The notes under the pieces are model-generated. The model was not told the DNA's origin. It worked only from the letters and a program-made list of their open reading frames with translations, and did not search any database. A stretch of DNA of 64,000 nt from Macrostomum hystrix (Eukaryota > Animalia > Platyhelminthes). The position numbers and the translations under genes are program-made. Location of the stretch: NCBI GenBank assembly GCA_950097015.1, contig CATNEN010000002.1:7068001-7132000 (forward strand). Direction: 5' to 3'. Positions 24,739-37,649 of the stretch are shown here, piece after piece; position 1 is the first letter of the stretch; each line of letters begins with the position of its first letter.

Positions 24739-24964
24739 GCTTCAGTAACAGTGTGGGATTTTCGGTTTTCTGCTTCAATCCGGGCTGTTTATAGTGAGCT
24801 CCCATTGGGTCTACTTGCGCATCCAGTAACTAATGACCGTCCGTCTTTCGTTAAACAATTCAGCTGTACAATTTAGGTACGTTTTGCGATTTTTTTACTA
24901 CATGAGAAGTGAATGTAGTGTTTATAGCAAGAATATTTAAATAGTTTAGAATTTAAATTTGTCT

Positions 24965-25285
24965 TCACCCCGCAGCACCCCACTCCTCACACTGCAGCCA
25001 CCTCACTCCTCACACTGCAGCCACCTCACACTCCTCACACTGCAGCCAACCCACTCCTCACACTGCAGCCACCTCACACCTCACACTGCAGCCACCCCTC
25101 TCCTCACACTGCAGCCACCCCAGTCCTCACACTGCAGCCACCTCACACCTCACACTGCAGCCACCCCTCTCCTCACACTGCAGCCACCCCACTCCTCACA
25201 CCGCAGCAACCCCACTCCTCACACAGCAGCCACCTCACACTCCTCACACCGCAGCAACCCCACTCCTCACACCCAGCTACCCCAC
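24965..25285. repeat. Degenerate CTCACACTGCAGCCACC minisatellite
   Basis: A shorter inverted copy lies at 34070-34155. Confidence 0.85.
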
Positions 25286-25974
25286 AAAGCAGTTTGGGTT
25301 TGGATTAGGAAAATGACAAAGCCTGTTTAAAAGAAAGGCGTCTACTCGAAAGAAGCATTTATTCCAGTACTTTCCTTCACTAGCACGCGCATTTTAGGTG
25401 CCTCCGATTCAAGTATTTATTTGTACACAAGAAACCTATCGCCTGGCTTTTCCATAGAGAAATTTACTTTAAATTACAATATTTAAATTCAAACAGGGAA
25501 AGGTACATAACAGTAAAAAAAGATAGAGACAAATTACTGGCCGATCGGGTTTAGGCCTGATAGAACACACAGGACATAAATCAAGGCAGTTTAAAGTGCT
25601 TTGAAAAACATCTAAATATTAAGATCGATAACATAGGAAAACAGTCTAACTATTGCCGGCCGGTGTTCAAGTCAGAGGCATACAATGCAGCATGCAAACA
25701 AAATACCCGAGCGAAATGAACAAAGATAAATAAAAAAGAAATAAATGAAGACAGAATTCAGCGCATACATAATTAATTACTGGTAAGCTAATTAGTTAAT
25801 TTTTAAGACAATCAGCTAATAAATATGGATAGGCGGATAAATATAAAGCAGGTATATGCATTCAGAGCATAGAAGAACATTCAAAACGATTTCTGCTAAA
25901 AATAATAGAAGCTAAGCAGTAAAACGGCTGATAAGGCTCACTGACTGCCGACTGACATGGCCAATCACCTGGCC

Positions 25975-26690
25975 AATGTGGGGTGTGGGCCAATCTGGGT
26001 GTGTGGTGAGGACCAATCAGGGTGTGTGGTGAGGACCAATCAGGGTGTGTGGTGAGGACCAATCAGGGTGTGGCCAATCAGGGTGTGGCGTGAGGACCAA
26101 TCAGGGTGTGGGCCAATCAGGGTGTGGGCCAATCAGGGTGTGGCGTGAGTACCAATCAGGGTGTGGCGTGAGGACCAATCAGGGTGTGGCGTGAGTACCA
26201 ATCAGGGTGTGGCGTGAGGACCAATCAGGGTGTGTGGTGAGGACCAATCAGGGTGTGGCCAATCAGGGTGTGGCGTGAGGACCAATCAGGGTGTGGGCCA
26301 ATCAGGGTGTGGGCCAATCAGGGTGTGGCGTGAGTACCAATCAGGGTGTGGCGTGAGGACCAATCAGGGTGTGGCGTGAGTACCAATCAGGGTGTGGGCC
26401 AATCAGGGTGTGGCGTGAGTACCAATCAGGGTGTGGCGTGAGGACCAATCAGGGTGTGGCGTGAGTACCAATCAGGGTGTGGCGTGAGGACCAATCAGGG
26501 TGTGGCGTGAGTACCAATCAGGGTGTGGCGTGAGGACCAATCAGGGTGTGGCGTGAGTACCAATCAGGGTGTGGCGTGAGTACCAATCAGGGTGTGGGGT
26601 GAGGACCAATCAGGGTGTGGGCCAATCAGGGTGTGGCGTGAGTACCAATCAGGGTGTGGGGTGAGGACCAATCAGGTTGTGGCGTGAGGT
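25975..26690. repeat. About 23-bp minisatellite with CCAATCAG in every unit
   Basis: Units such as GACCAATCAGGGTGTGGCGTGAG, roughly 30 copies. Confidence 0.95.
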
Positions 26691-27341
26691 CCCCAAAAGC
26701 TCACACACTGCTCAGATCATGCCCAGCTTAAACTCGTGGGCAAAATTATTTCGCAAGCTTAAAAAGCAGGTGCGAGGAAAAAAAACAGCGAACGCTGGCC
26801 TAAATAAAAAATGAAAACAAACAACCAGAGCTAGTTGCGTCACAAGAGCAGCTGAAGGAAAACAAGAGAAACAATGAGACAAAATGACAGACTAAAGCAA
26901 TGAGAAGCAGACAAGGCCTCATATTAGCATGTATCAGGACTGCACAAAACAGTAAATAAATTGGTAAATAGCAATCATTTAGACCCATTCCAGGAAATCT
27001 TACGATTGATTAAATTTTTAATTTCAAAGCAATTAGAGACAGTCAAGAAATTCAAGACAGCTCAACATTGTGCTCCAAGCGAACAACTGCAAGCGCTGTA
27101 CACAGGCGGAGCAGCACCTCACGCATTGTGGGGAGGGGTGGACAGAAGGAGAAGTGCGAAAGAAAAAGCAACAGCCAAGGAAACAGGAGAGCGCCAATAA
27201 TTCTCACAGGAAAAAATTGTTTCATAATTTTAAAGTCAATCTGCGAAAAAAACTTACTAAACAAAAACTATAGGACTATTGTAACAAACAATGCTTTCAA
27301 TGCTTCGCTCTCCATCACCAGGCGGCATAGCAACTGAGTCA

Positions 27342-27765
27342 CACCCCATATCTCATGTCCAGCAGACACCCCATATCTCATGTCCAGCAGACACCCCATA
27401 TCTCATGTCCAGCAGACACCCCATATCCCATGTCCAGCAGACACCCCATTTCTCATGTCCAGCAGACACCCCATATCTCATGTCCAGCAGACACCCCATA
27501 TCTCATGTCATACAGACACCCACTTTCTAATGTCCTACAGACACCCCATTTCTCATATCCAGCAAACACCCCATTTCTCATGTCCAGCAGACACCCCAAA
27601 TCTCATGTCCAGCAGACACCCCATATCTCATGTCCAGCAGACACCCCATTTCTCATGTCATACAGACACCCACTTTCTCATGTCCTACAGACACCCCATT
27701 TCTCATGTCATACAGACACCCACTTTCTCATGTCCTACAGACACCACATTTCTCATGTCCAGCAG
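27342..27765. repeat. 25-bp minisatellite (TCTCATGTCCAGCAGACACCCCATA)
   Basis: Visible tandem array. Confidence 0.95.
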
Positions 27766-28228
27766 GATTCGCAGAAGACTATAAACTCAGTTGCTATGCT
27801 ACAAGATTTGGAAAGCAAAAGGCGGCACGGCACCTGTGTCAAGCAACCAATTTGAATAAAACAGAACTTAGAAAATTAATAAAATATCAATGACGAACAG
27901 GCCAGGCCACATTACTGATTAAACTATTATCGTCGAGTAAAACCAGTTCGCTTAAAGTTCTAGGACAGCAAAAATCATCAATAAAATGGTCACTTGTGAA
28001 TTCCAGAAAAGTTCGCAGGCAAATGGCCCTTTAAAAAAGAATCAGACAGGTAATAAATAATTCACTCGATTTGAGAGGCTAAACTCTAAACAGAAAAGAC
28101 AAAACAAAATAAACAGACACAGAGAAACAGGGGTGCCAAAAGATAATTCATGAACGGATGAGTTTTTGTACATTAACCAACGGACAAGAAATCCCTCAGG
28201 TATCCGCATGAGGAGCCACAGAGGCGGG

Positions 28229-29809
28229 TCAGTAGGGCGCGATCAGCTCCCTGATAATATCCTGCAGTTTGCCCAGCACCTCCGATCTCACATGACCGAT
28301 GGAAGGCAGGATGCGATCGATCTGGGCTTGCAGCTCCGGCACAAATGCCTGCGACTGGCCCTGGGAGCGGTACATGCCCTGCACCGTCTGTACTCGGTCG
28401 CGCAGCTGTGCGTGAGCCTCCTCAGGAGTACAGGTCTCATTGCTCATGGCCAGTGCTACCCGCTGGACACTCGAGGCCAGCTCTGCTGCGCATTGGTTCA
28501 GTGTGGGCCTGGCCTGCTGCTGCTGCTGCTGCTGCTGGATGTGAGTGAAACTTTGCTGCAACTGCTGCTGTTGAAGCTGCTGCTGCTGCTGTTGCTGGTG
28601 CTGCTGAGCCAACTCCTGAAGGCTGGAGAGAGACACAGGCACCGCGCCCTGCGGGGTGACAGCAAGTAGGGCCACGGTGCCCGGTGGCAGGCAGGGCAGG
28701 AAGCTGGCGGGACCTCCTGTGCTGCCGGCGGGCCCCATTATTGGCAGCATGATCGGCTGCTGCTGCTGCTGAATTGGCTGCTGCAACTGTTGCAGCTGGT
28801 ACTGCGGCAGCTGCTGCAATTGCTGCAACTGCATGGGCTGAAGAACTGACTGCGGCAATAGCTGCTGCTGCTGCTGACTAACTATCATCATTTGCTGCTG
28901 CAACTGCTGCGGCTGCTGCTGTGCCTGCTGCGGGTGAACAGCTAGCTCCTCCTGCTTTGGCTGCTTTATGATCGCCGCTGCCGACTTTTTCAAAGGCTGC
29001 TTGGCGGCAGCGGGTGCCGAAGTTGACGGCCTGTCAGCCTGTTGCTGAGCGGCTTTGGCCGACTGCACCCTCAGCTTCTCCTGTGGAGTTCAGTGAGAAA
29101 TGGGATAATTTCATGTTAATTTTTTCCCACAAATCTAAAAGTTAATGGTGTGAGCGGTTAACGCGTTTGCCACCTGCATTTGGGCGCAGTCACGGATAAA
29201 GGCTTGGGGGCTTGTCTTGCAATTTAATAACTCCCCAATTCCCACAGTTCCACATAGTCAATAACTCCCCAATCCCCACAGTTCCACACAGTTAACAACT
29301 CCCCAATCCCCACAGTTCCACACTGTTAACAACTCCCCAATCCCCAGTTCCAGACAAACCTGAAAAGCTCGGTAAGAATCTGTCTGCTTGTAAGCCGTCA
29401 TCTCCTTCTCGTAAGCCTCCATGGCCTTCTTGTACAGGTCTGAGTAGCGCTCTTTCTCCTCGGTGGACAGGTCCCTCCACTGCTGGGCTACCACTTTGAT
29501 CTGATCGCGGCCTTTGAGCTTGAGGTCGGGCGTATCCCGGATGTGCACGCCCAGCTGTTCCATTCGCTCCTTAACGAAGATGGTATAGGCTGATCGAGGG
29601 TTTATCGGCTCCTGCGGGTCGCGGCGCGCCCTCCGCGATCGCCGGCCGAAGCCGATCGGCTTGCGCGGCTTCGGCAGACGAGGCGCGGCAACGGCGGTGT
29701 CGCTGGCGGACAGCTCGGCTGCTACGGCGTCATCTTCGCTGGCTGTTGGGCCTCCGTCGCCGCCGGCGCCCCGGCCCGTCACGCCCTCAATGATTTGCGT
29801 TAGAGACAC
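28229..29809 (-). CDS. HMG20: HMG-box protein, HMG20A/B (iBRAF/BRAF35)-like, complement(join(28229..29080,29360..<29809)); true start not visible
   Basis: HMG box RDPQEPINPRSAYTIFVKERMEQL...WRDLSTEEKERY...YKQTDSYRAF. Phase-0 intron CAG|GTTTGT...CACAG|GAG. Gln-rich linker and a C-terminal EVLGKLQDIIREL helix resembling HMG20. Confidence 0.75.
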
Positions 29810-29908
29810 TTTGGCTGCCGTGATTGGTCGCTGCGGTAGAGCACAGCGGGTTGACGGCTGGGCTGAAGCATGAGTTGGCGAGTGACAACTGTGGCTGTGA
29901 TTCCCGAA

Positions 29909-30300
29909 TAGAAATAACTGCTACCCTACTAGCCATAGAGATGAAATAACTGCTACCCTACTAGCCATAGAGATGAAATAACTGCTACCCTACTAGCCAT
30001 AGAGATGAAATAACTGCTACCCTACTAGCCATAGAGATGAAATAACTGCTACCCTACTAGCCATAGAGATGAAATAACTGCTACCCTACTAGCCATAGAG
30101 ATGAAATAACTGCTACCCTACTAGCCATAGAGATGAAATAACTGCTACCCTACTAGCCATAGAGATGAAATAACTGCTACCCTACTAGCCATAGAGATGA
30201 AATAACTGCTACCCTACTAGCCATAGAGATGAAATAACTGCTACCCTACTAGCCATAGAGATGAAATAACTGCTACCCTACTAGCCATAGAGATGAAATA
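29909..30300. repeat. 32-bp minisatellite (GAAATAACTGCTACCCTACTAGCCATAGAGAT), about 12 identical copies
   Basis: Visible tandem array. Confidence 0.95.
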
Positions 30301-31345
30301 AATATTCCGATTCAACTAAGATGATGTCCAATGGACTTCCTAATACATCGAAGACAGTTGTGGCATCGGAGAGATAAAATATTCACTATATTCTTACCTT
30401 AGTATCTGCTTAATTTATACTTTTAAGATTATGAAAACCACTATGGTTAATATTTTAAAGTAAATATTACATAAAAAATATGAAACAAGAGAAATAATTT
30501 TATTTGATAATATGTAGCAGGATTATTATGATGATATAATCTCTTTATAATTACTCCCCAAATGCTAACACCTGCAAAGTTAATTGTTTTATTATTTACA
30601 TGGATAATAATTGTAAATTATGTACTTAAATATTTAACTTAAAGAACATTTACTATGCATCAGATAATAAACTTATGTGATGGCACATGATCTGTGATGG
30701 CACATATACTAATAATGTTGTTAGTAGTGTTCAGTGTGAACATATAAAGTACATTAAGAACAAGGGCTTTGCATGACTACAACTAAATGTTAAATGTTCT
30801 GTCAGTAGCATAAACATTTTTAATTTTCAATTGGACTTTAAATACTTAAAATAATTACATTTTTATATGCTTTATTGCTTTTAATAAAATATGATATACA
30901 AACAACAGTCTTTTTAAGCAGAATGTGTTATATATTTAAAAAATTATAATGATCAGTTTTGTTGTGATGTATATGTTTCTGCATGTCACTCTGGCATGAA
31001 CTGGCATGCAACTAAAAAGTGGTATAACCTTGGCATACAATTTATATTTTCCCCATTTTCCTTCTAAAGTTCTGGCATGCACCTAACATGATCTAGACTA
31101 TGGGGCCACATCACAGAGTCAAGCTTAGGGGCTCTGGTGCAAGAGACAAACACATTAGACTGCTCTCTCCTGGCCACTAATAATTGCGATTGATATTCAA
31201 AGTTACAAAATTATATACAACAATATAATGCATGCCCCAAATTCTCCAATTAAATCACAATGTCAGACTTAGATGATACATTCAGACCTTAACATTTTTT
31301 AACATAAGGCTATTAAATGACTAAAAAGTAGGGCTCGGTCGTGAT

Positions 31346-31626
31346 CATACATGCGCAACCTCCCAAATCTTAGCCGGCCTTGCGACTTAGTTTTTACTCT
31401 CATTTGCGACTTAGTTCGTTTCATTGCTCTATTTACGACTTAGTTTGCTCTCATTTGCTCTCTTTTTCTCTCCCTTTTTTCCTTTTCTTCACGCCTTCCT
31501 TTTTTGTCCCTTGGTCCCCCCTTTGATTTTTTTGCGCTTGGTCGATTGGTTTTTGCGACTTACCTTGCTTGGCCCTCGTTTAACCCGGCCGGTTCGGCCG
31601 GGTCGGCCGGGTGTTGCGCATGTATG
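31346..31626. mobile_element. MITE with 14-bp TIRs and an 8-bp target duplication (P/hAT-like)
   Basis: CATACATGCGCAAC...GTTGCGCATGTATG, flanked on both sides by GTCGTGAT. Confidence 0.9.
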
Positions 31627-34304
31627 GTCGTGATCATGATTACAAATTTGTGATTTCACGACTAATGGAATCACGATTGTGATTATTTTCTTACTCATGA
31701 AAATTGCATCGTGATTTTTTACTACTTTTTGTCATTTTTCATGACCCATCAATACTTTTTTTTATGGAAATTTTGGGAATCCAAATGCAAGTACTATAAT
31801 CTAGAATTTTGTTTTATTGATATAATAGCACATCTACAGTACAAATCCTTTCAATTTCAGATGGCTCAAAGATATCAACTTATTAACACTGGATGAAGAA
31901 TCTAAAGAAAGATAAAGAAATCAAAGCGGCCATCTGCTTTCTCGGTCGTCCATCTTGGAAGACAGAAGTGTTCAACTTGCCTCACAACTTACAAATGGCA
32001 GCAATGCACAATTGTTGATTTATTTTTTGTTTGGATGAAGACATTTGGTGCGAGCACAAAAAGATGTAGTGAGCAGAATTGAGAGAAGAATTGCGAAATG
32101 CAAATTAAAGCACAATTGTTGACTATTTAGTATTCTAGTATTTTAGAATCTAGTATCTATCTATATACAATCTATAGATAGTTATGACTTCTTTGCCAAG
32201 TTGCTATCCTTTATTGATTATTTGATATATATATATATCTAATATCCATTATCATTAATTTAAAAGATAACCAGATTATTTGATAAATCTTATCATTTTC
32301 TCTATCTTATCTATTATTTGATTGACATATTGGGCAATGTTCTATTTCTATTCATTATATTATTTTTTTGTTTGCAATTGACAGATAACGACAAAAAACT
32401 AGTTTAGGCCTAACAGTAACAAAAAGTCAGTAGTTTGGTCACACAGTTCTGAAAAGTCTTGGTCAGTCTTTCTTCTTTCAAACCGGGTAATAGTGCCTAA
32501 TCCAGTAGAGGAGGGCACCAAAGCTATTCTTGGGGTATAGACGGCGCCATAAGAATTCTTCGAGGTGGCATTCAAATATAATACTGATTATAATACAATC
32601 AGAGTTTAATGTTGAACTCTTGATTGCAAGCCACAAAGTTTAAGTTAGGCCTAGTTAAGAATTGAAGGCAATTTTAGAGGTAATAATGACACACTGCCAT
32701 ACTCTCTTCATGTTCTGTTAAAATTCTATGCATCAGATAATAAACTTATGTGATGGCACATGATCTGTGATGGCACATATACTAATAATGTTGTTAGGCC
32801 TAGTAGTGTCCAGTGTGAACATATAAAGTACATTAAGAACAAGGGCTTTGCATGACTACAACTAAATGTTAAATGTTCTGTCAGTAGCATAAACATTAGT
32901 TTGGTCACACTAATATAAATTGTATGCCAAGGTTATACCACTTTTTAGTTGCATGCCAGTTCATGCCAGAGTGACATGCAGAAACATATACATCACAATA
33001 AAACTGATCATTATAATTTTTTCAAGCGAAAGTCAATAAATACAGTATAAAATAATTTATAAAAAATATTGAAATATAATACTTTTCTTTTTTAACTACA
33101 CGTTAAATATATATTATCTAGTTCATTCTTAATATTAAGATCTAAGTCAATGAACGCGAAATTTAAATTTAGAAATGCAAAATGCACTCAAGGGTGACAT
33201 ACACGATTTATTATATCAGCAGTAATTAATTAAAACTAATCTTAAATGGAAACTGATGCTTTTAATTTACTCTTTGCGTGGACATGGTACCGTTCGTACA
33301 CTTCTACCCTGACCGTACGCCAGGAATATGTACATTAGGTAAGTACATGACACTTTATTTATATTAAGAAATTCTTAAACGGCAGCAATTTAAAATTTGT
33401 TCATAGAAAAAGAATGTTGATAAAAACAAAGTTTGCAAGTAGATTTAAGAAATATTTATATTTCGATGCAAAACTGGAACTAAATGTTCTGTTTAAACAA
33501 ATATTACACAAATAATAATAAATACTTTTCAGTCTAAAATAGCGTGAAGTCGGGACGGGTCTTCACCCTGTCTTCGAAATACCTGGTACTTGACCATTGT
33601 ATGTTTTGTGCTTTAACTTCGTCTTGAAATGTTAAGATGCATTGCATTGATAATATATGCTCTGGAAGTCTAGAATTTAATGCGCATTTCATGTTACTTT
33701 TAACTAATTTTAACATAATGTTTATGTCCTATTAATTTTAATTTGACATATGTATAGTTGACTGGTATCAAACGTAAGGCAGTTATTTACTCCTGCCAAG
33801 TACAAACAGCAACTTTCGGTCTTCCTCTAACCTTAACAAAATAGAAAAGCATATTAAATGCGTTTCATCGTTAGTTTTAGTTTTTAGTTTGGAACTTAGA
33901 AATCTGACTTTTTCCTCTACTTTGTGTTCAGTCCAAAGGACAGAAACACGCTTGTTTCCTAAGTCCGAGATTCCTTGAGACTTAAAAAAATTCCCCTTCC
34001 CTGAACTATCTTTGTGGGAAAACTAAGCGATCCAAGCCTGACTACCCGGTTGCTCCACTGCTAAAGAATGCTGCAGTGTGAGGAGTGGGGTAGAGCTGCA
34101 GTGTGAGGAGTGGGGTGGCTGCAATGTGATGAGTGGGGTGGCTGCAGTGTGAGTTGTGGGGTGGCTGCAGTGTAGGGAGAACTTTTAGTTCTGAACTATT
34201 TAAATATTCTTACTAGAAGCACTACATTCACTAATAAAAAAATAAACAATCGAAGAAATTTACTACACTTTTACAGCTGAATTGTTTAACCTAAGGCGGA
34301 CGTT

Positions 34305-34355
34305 CATTGGTTACTGGATGCGCAAGTAGACCCAATGGAAGCTCACTATAAACAG
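34305..34355 (+). promoter_or_regulatory. CCAAT boxes and TATA box of PAN-LamG copy A, conserved in copy B at about 24790-24830
   Basis: CATTGG, ACCCAATGG and CTATAAA lie 55-105 nt upstream of the ATG in both paralogs. Confidence 0.5.
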
Positions 34356-34408
34356 CCCGAATTGAAGCAGAAAACCGAAAATCCCACACTGATCACTGAT
34401 CCTGAAGC

Positions 34409-36610
34409 ATGCATCTCAGCTCCCTGCTCAGCCTGAGTCTGCTGGCCTTGCTGGCTGACGGCTGCTCACAGTTCTTTGTCACCGAGCGCTGCCCGCAGCC
34501 GGGCCTGCGCCAGCCGTCCTCCTTCATCGACGTCGGAGTTCAGGACTCCTCCGCTGCTCTGTCAGCCGCCTGCGTGCTTCGCTGCCGCAGAACGTCGGGC
34601 TGCGTGGCGGTGCATTCTCAAGCGAGCGGCGCGTGCTTCCTGGCCGACTGGGGCGAGTTCTCGCGCGACTGGCGGTTTCGGAGCGGCTGCCGGGCCTTCG
34701 CGATGCGGTGGACAGGTGAGCTGCGAGACAGTCAGGAACTGCTGGCTGACAGTCAGGAACTGCTGGCTGACAGTCAGGAACTGCTGGCTGACAGTCAAGA
34801 ACTGCTGGCTCACACAGGTGAGCTGCGAGACAGTCAGAAAGCTGCTGACTCACACAGGTGAGCTGCGAGACAGTCAGAAAGCTGCTGACTCACACAGGTG
34901 AGCTGTGAGACAGTCAGAAAGCTGCTGACTCACACAGGTGAGCTGTGAGACAGCCAGGGAGCCAGAATATTTTCTGCAAAAATCTACAAACCTTTATTGT
35001 TTAAAATTTTTTTCTTTTTTGTTATTTGCTTGAGTTGATTTTATTAAGAAATCAAATTTGCCCTTCTCTCCCGCCCCTTCTCTCCCTCCGCCCCTTCTCT
35101 TCTTCAGCCGCAGGGAGCATTCAGGGAGGATGCAGGGAGGATGCAGGGAGGATCCAGGGAGGATGCAGGGAGGATGCAGGGAGGATCCAGGGAGGATGCA
35201 GGGAGGATGCAGGGAGGATCCAGGGAGGATGCAGGGAGGATGCAGGGAGGATGCAGGGAGGATGCAGGGAGGATGCAGGGAGGATCCAGGGAGGATGCAG
35301 GGAGGATGCCTAGGCGTCAGCGAAAATAGGACGAATGGCCCTCTATTTAGCATTAAATCATCAGCAGAATCCGGCCTTCCAGACTCTCTGCCCCAGCAGC
35401 TGCTCGCTTCCGCCGAGATTCTCTACAACTTCCGTGTCTCCACTGATAACCTGGCCCACCCTGGGACTCGAACTCCCGTCCTGATGTCCGCCAGCAGAAT
35501 CGATGGAGTCGGACTCAGCCTGGCCGGCAGGATGGACTCGCAGGCGTGGGCCAACTTGTCCGGACTGTACAACCTGTTCAGTTCGGGAGGGCAACACTCG
35601 GTGTACACCTGGGCTCGCTACAACCTATCGACCAGGTAAGTGGGGTTTTAATCATGAATGTCTAGATATCTGAAAAAAATGTTGTTTTCTTCTGCCTAAA
35701 GACCCAATAGAGGCCTCAGGAGCCACACAACCCCTCAGGAGCCACACAACCCCTCAGGAGCCACACAACCCCTCAGGAGCCACACAACCCCTCAGGAGCC
35801 CACAACCCCTCAGGAGCCACACAACCCCTCAGGAGCCACACAACCCCTCAGGAGCCACACAACCCCTCAGGAGCCACACAACCCCTCAGGAGCCACACAA
35901 CCCCTCAGGAGCCACACAACCCCTCAGGAGCCACACAACCCCTCAGGAGCCACACAACCCCTCAGGAGCCACACAACCCCTCAGGAGCCACACAACCCCT
36001 CAGGAGCCACACAACCCCTCAGGAGCCACACAGCCCCTCAGGAGCCACACAACCCCTCAGGAGCCACACAACCCCTCAGGAGCCACACAACCCCTCAGGA
36101 GCCACACAACCCCTTTAGAAGCCACACAACCCTTCAGAAGCCGCAGTGTTGCATTGTGCATCGTTTTGCCAACCTAATTTTTTAAGTGGCACGCAGCTGC
36201 ACTCCCTCGGTCCATGCGAAAGTTCCAACGAAGGTGGCTGGCTGTTCCACGCAGCTTCTTACATCGAGGCCGGAATCTACAATCCGATCGGCGGAGTGAA
36301 GTTCCTGACGGTGTTAACTAACACCGGCTATTTCAGTGGCTCCGAGACGCACTCAATTGGAGCCGCATTCAACGGCACGGACTACCAGGGCCTCTTCTAC
36401 AACGACAGACCGCTACCTGCTGGCTCGCTGGTTAGGACATCCAGCACCGTCACGATTAACGAGGCCAGGTTCGGCTGCGTCAAGATGGGTTACGAACCGC
36501 ACAGCGATGATCACTGCGTCAAAGGCACCGTTGCCTGCTGGGCTTTGTTCAATCGGGTGATTGACAGGTCCGAGTTCCTGCGACTGCAGCTCTGGTGCGG
36601 CGAACAGTGA
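34409..36610 (+). CDS. PAN/apple + LamG/ConA-like (pentraxin-like) secreted protein, copy A, join(34409..34715,35365..35635,36187..36610), 333 aa
   Basis: Signal peptide; ACVLRCRRTSGCVAVH...GACFL is PAN-like. The C-terminal GLFYND...RFG...VKGTVACWALFNRVID...LWC resembles a LamG/pentraxin end. Introns are phase 1 and phase 2; total 1002 nt. Confidence 0.8.
35123..35307. repeat. 11-bp minisatellite (GGGAGGATGCA)
   Basis: Visible intronic array. Confidence 0.95.
35715..36142. repeat. 19-bp minisatellite (CTCAGGAGCCACACAACCC)
   Basis: Visible intronic array. Confidence 0.95.
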
Positions 36611-36656
36611 ATAAGCTGCGGCAGATGTACACAGACTCAGGCCACGGCCCTTGACC

Positions 36657-36885
36657 AGAAGATACACCTATAGTCTGGAAGGTACACCTATAGTCTAGAA
36701 GATACACCTATAGTCTAGAAGATACACCTATAGTCCAGAAGATACACCTATAGTCCGGAAGGTACACCTATAGTCCGGAAGGTACAACTATAGTCTAGAA
36801 GATACACCTATAGTCCAGAAGATACACCTATAGTCCGGAAGGTACAACTATAGTCCGGAAGGTACAACTATAGTCTAGAAGATAC
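36657..36885. repeat. 20-bp minisatellite (GAAGATACACCTATAGTCTA)
   Basis: Visible array just 3' of copy A. Confidence 0.95.
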
Positions 36886-37649
36886 CCAGTCAATCGGGTC
36901 ACTGGATGAGCAGAAAAAACAGTTCTCTAATTGACAGAGTCAATTTCAAGGCACGCGATTAAAATAAAACCTCAGCAATCCAGACTTTCAAGACCAATTA
37001 AAGAGCTCCCATGCACTGCTTGTGATTAAAAAATTCTATTATACTCGTAATTCCTGTGACACGTGGCTTTTTGAGTGTACCGATGTTGCATATGCTGTGT
37101 TTTTTCCTGCAATCTGACAATCAAAGAAGCCGAAATGTGTTTGCATCAAATTCAGGAGGGAAGCGAAGAAAAAGGCAGAAAGCAGAAAAAAACTGCAAGA
37201 CATTAGTCGTACTGGTTTTTCAAGGCAAAAGTACGAGCGTAAAAAGAAGATTGCGAGCTGGTTTCCAGTTTAGAGTGCTCTGATTTTAGCACGCTATAGT
37301 CTTGATCATTGCTAGTCTGGCGTCAATCACCAACAATTCATTATTTTCAAGGCTTCTTTTTTTATAGAGACCTCACCTGCATGGCAACACGACAGTAACC
37401 AGAAATGCAAGACAATCACTAATGGCTTCGTGGTTAAAAAAATAATTCTAAAGCAGTCGCTGCCATGCTCCATTGATTGTCATCATCATTGTCATGCCAT
37501 TGCTTGTGGCTCCAGAAATAGGTGCTAAAATATAGAGCAAAAAATAAGGAAGCATGTTGGTTCTCATCGGATAATCAGGTATTTATCTGCAATCACCATG
37601 GAAATGGAAACATGATTAAACCTATTGCGAGTCCAGTTTCAAAAATGTT

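Noticed and set aside
29909-30300. 32-bp array as a CRISPR repeat
   Set aside because: No spacers; identical units are directly adjacent.
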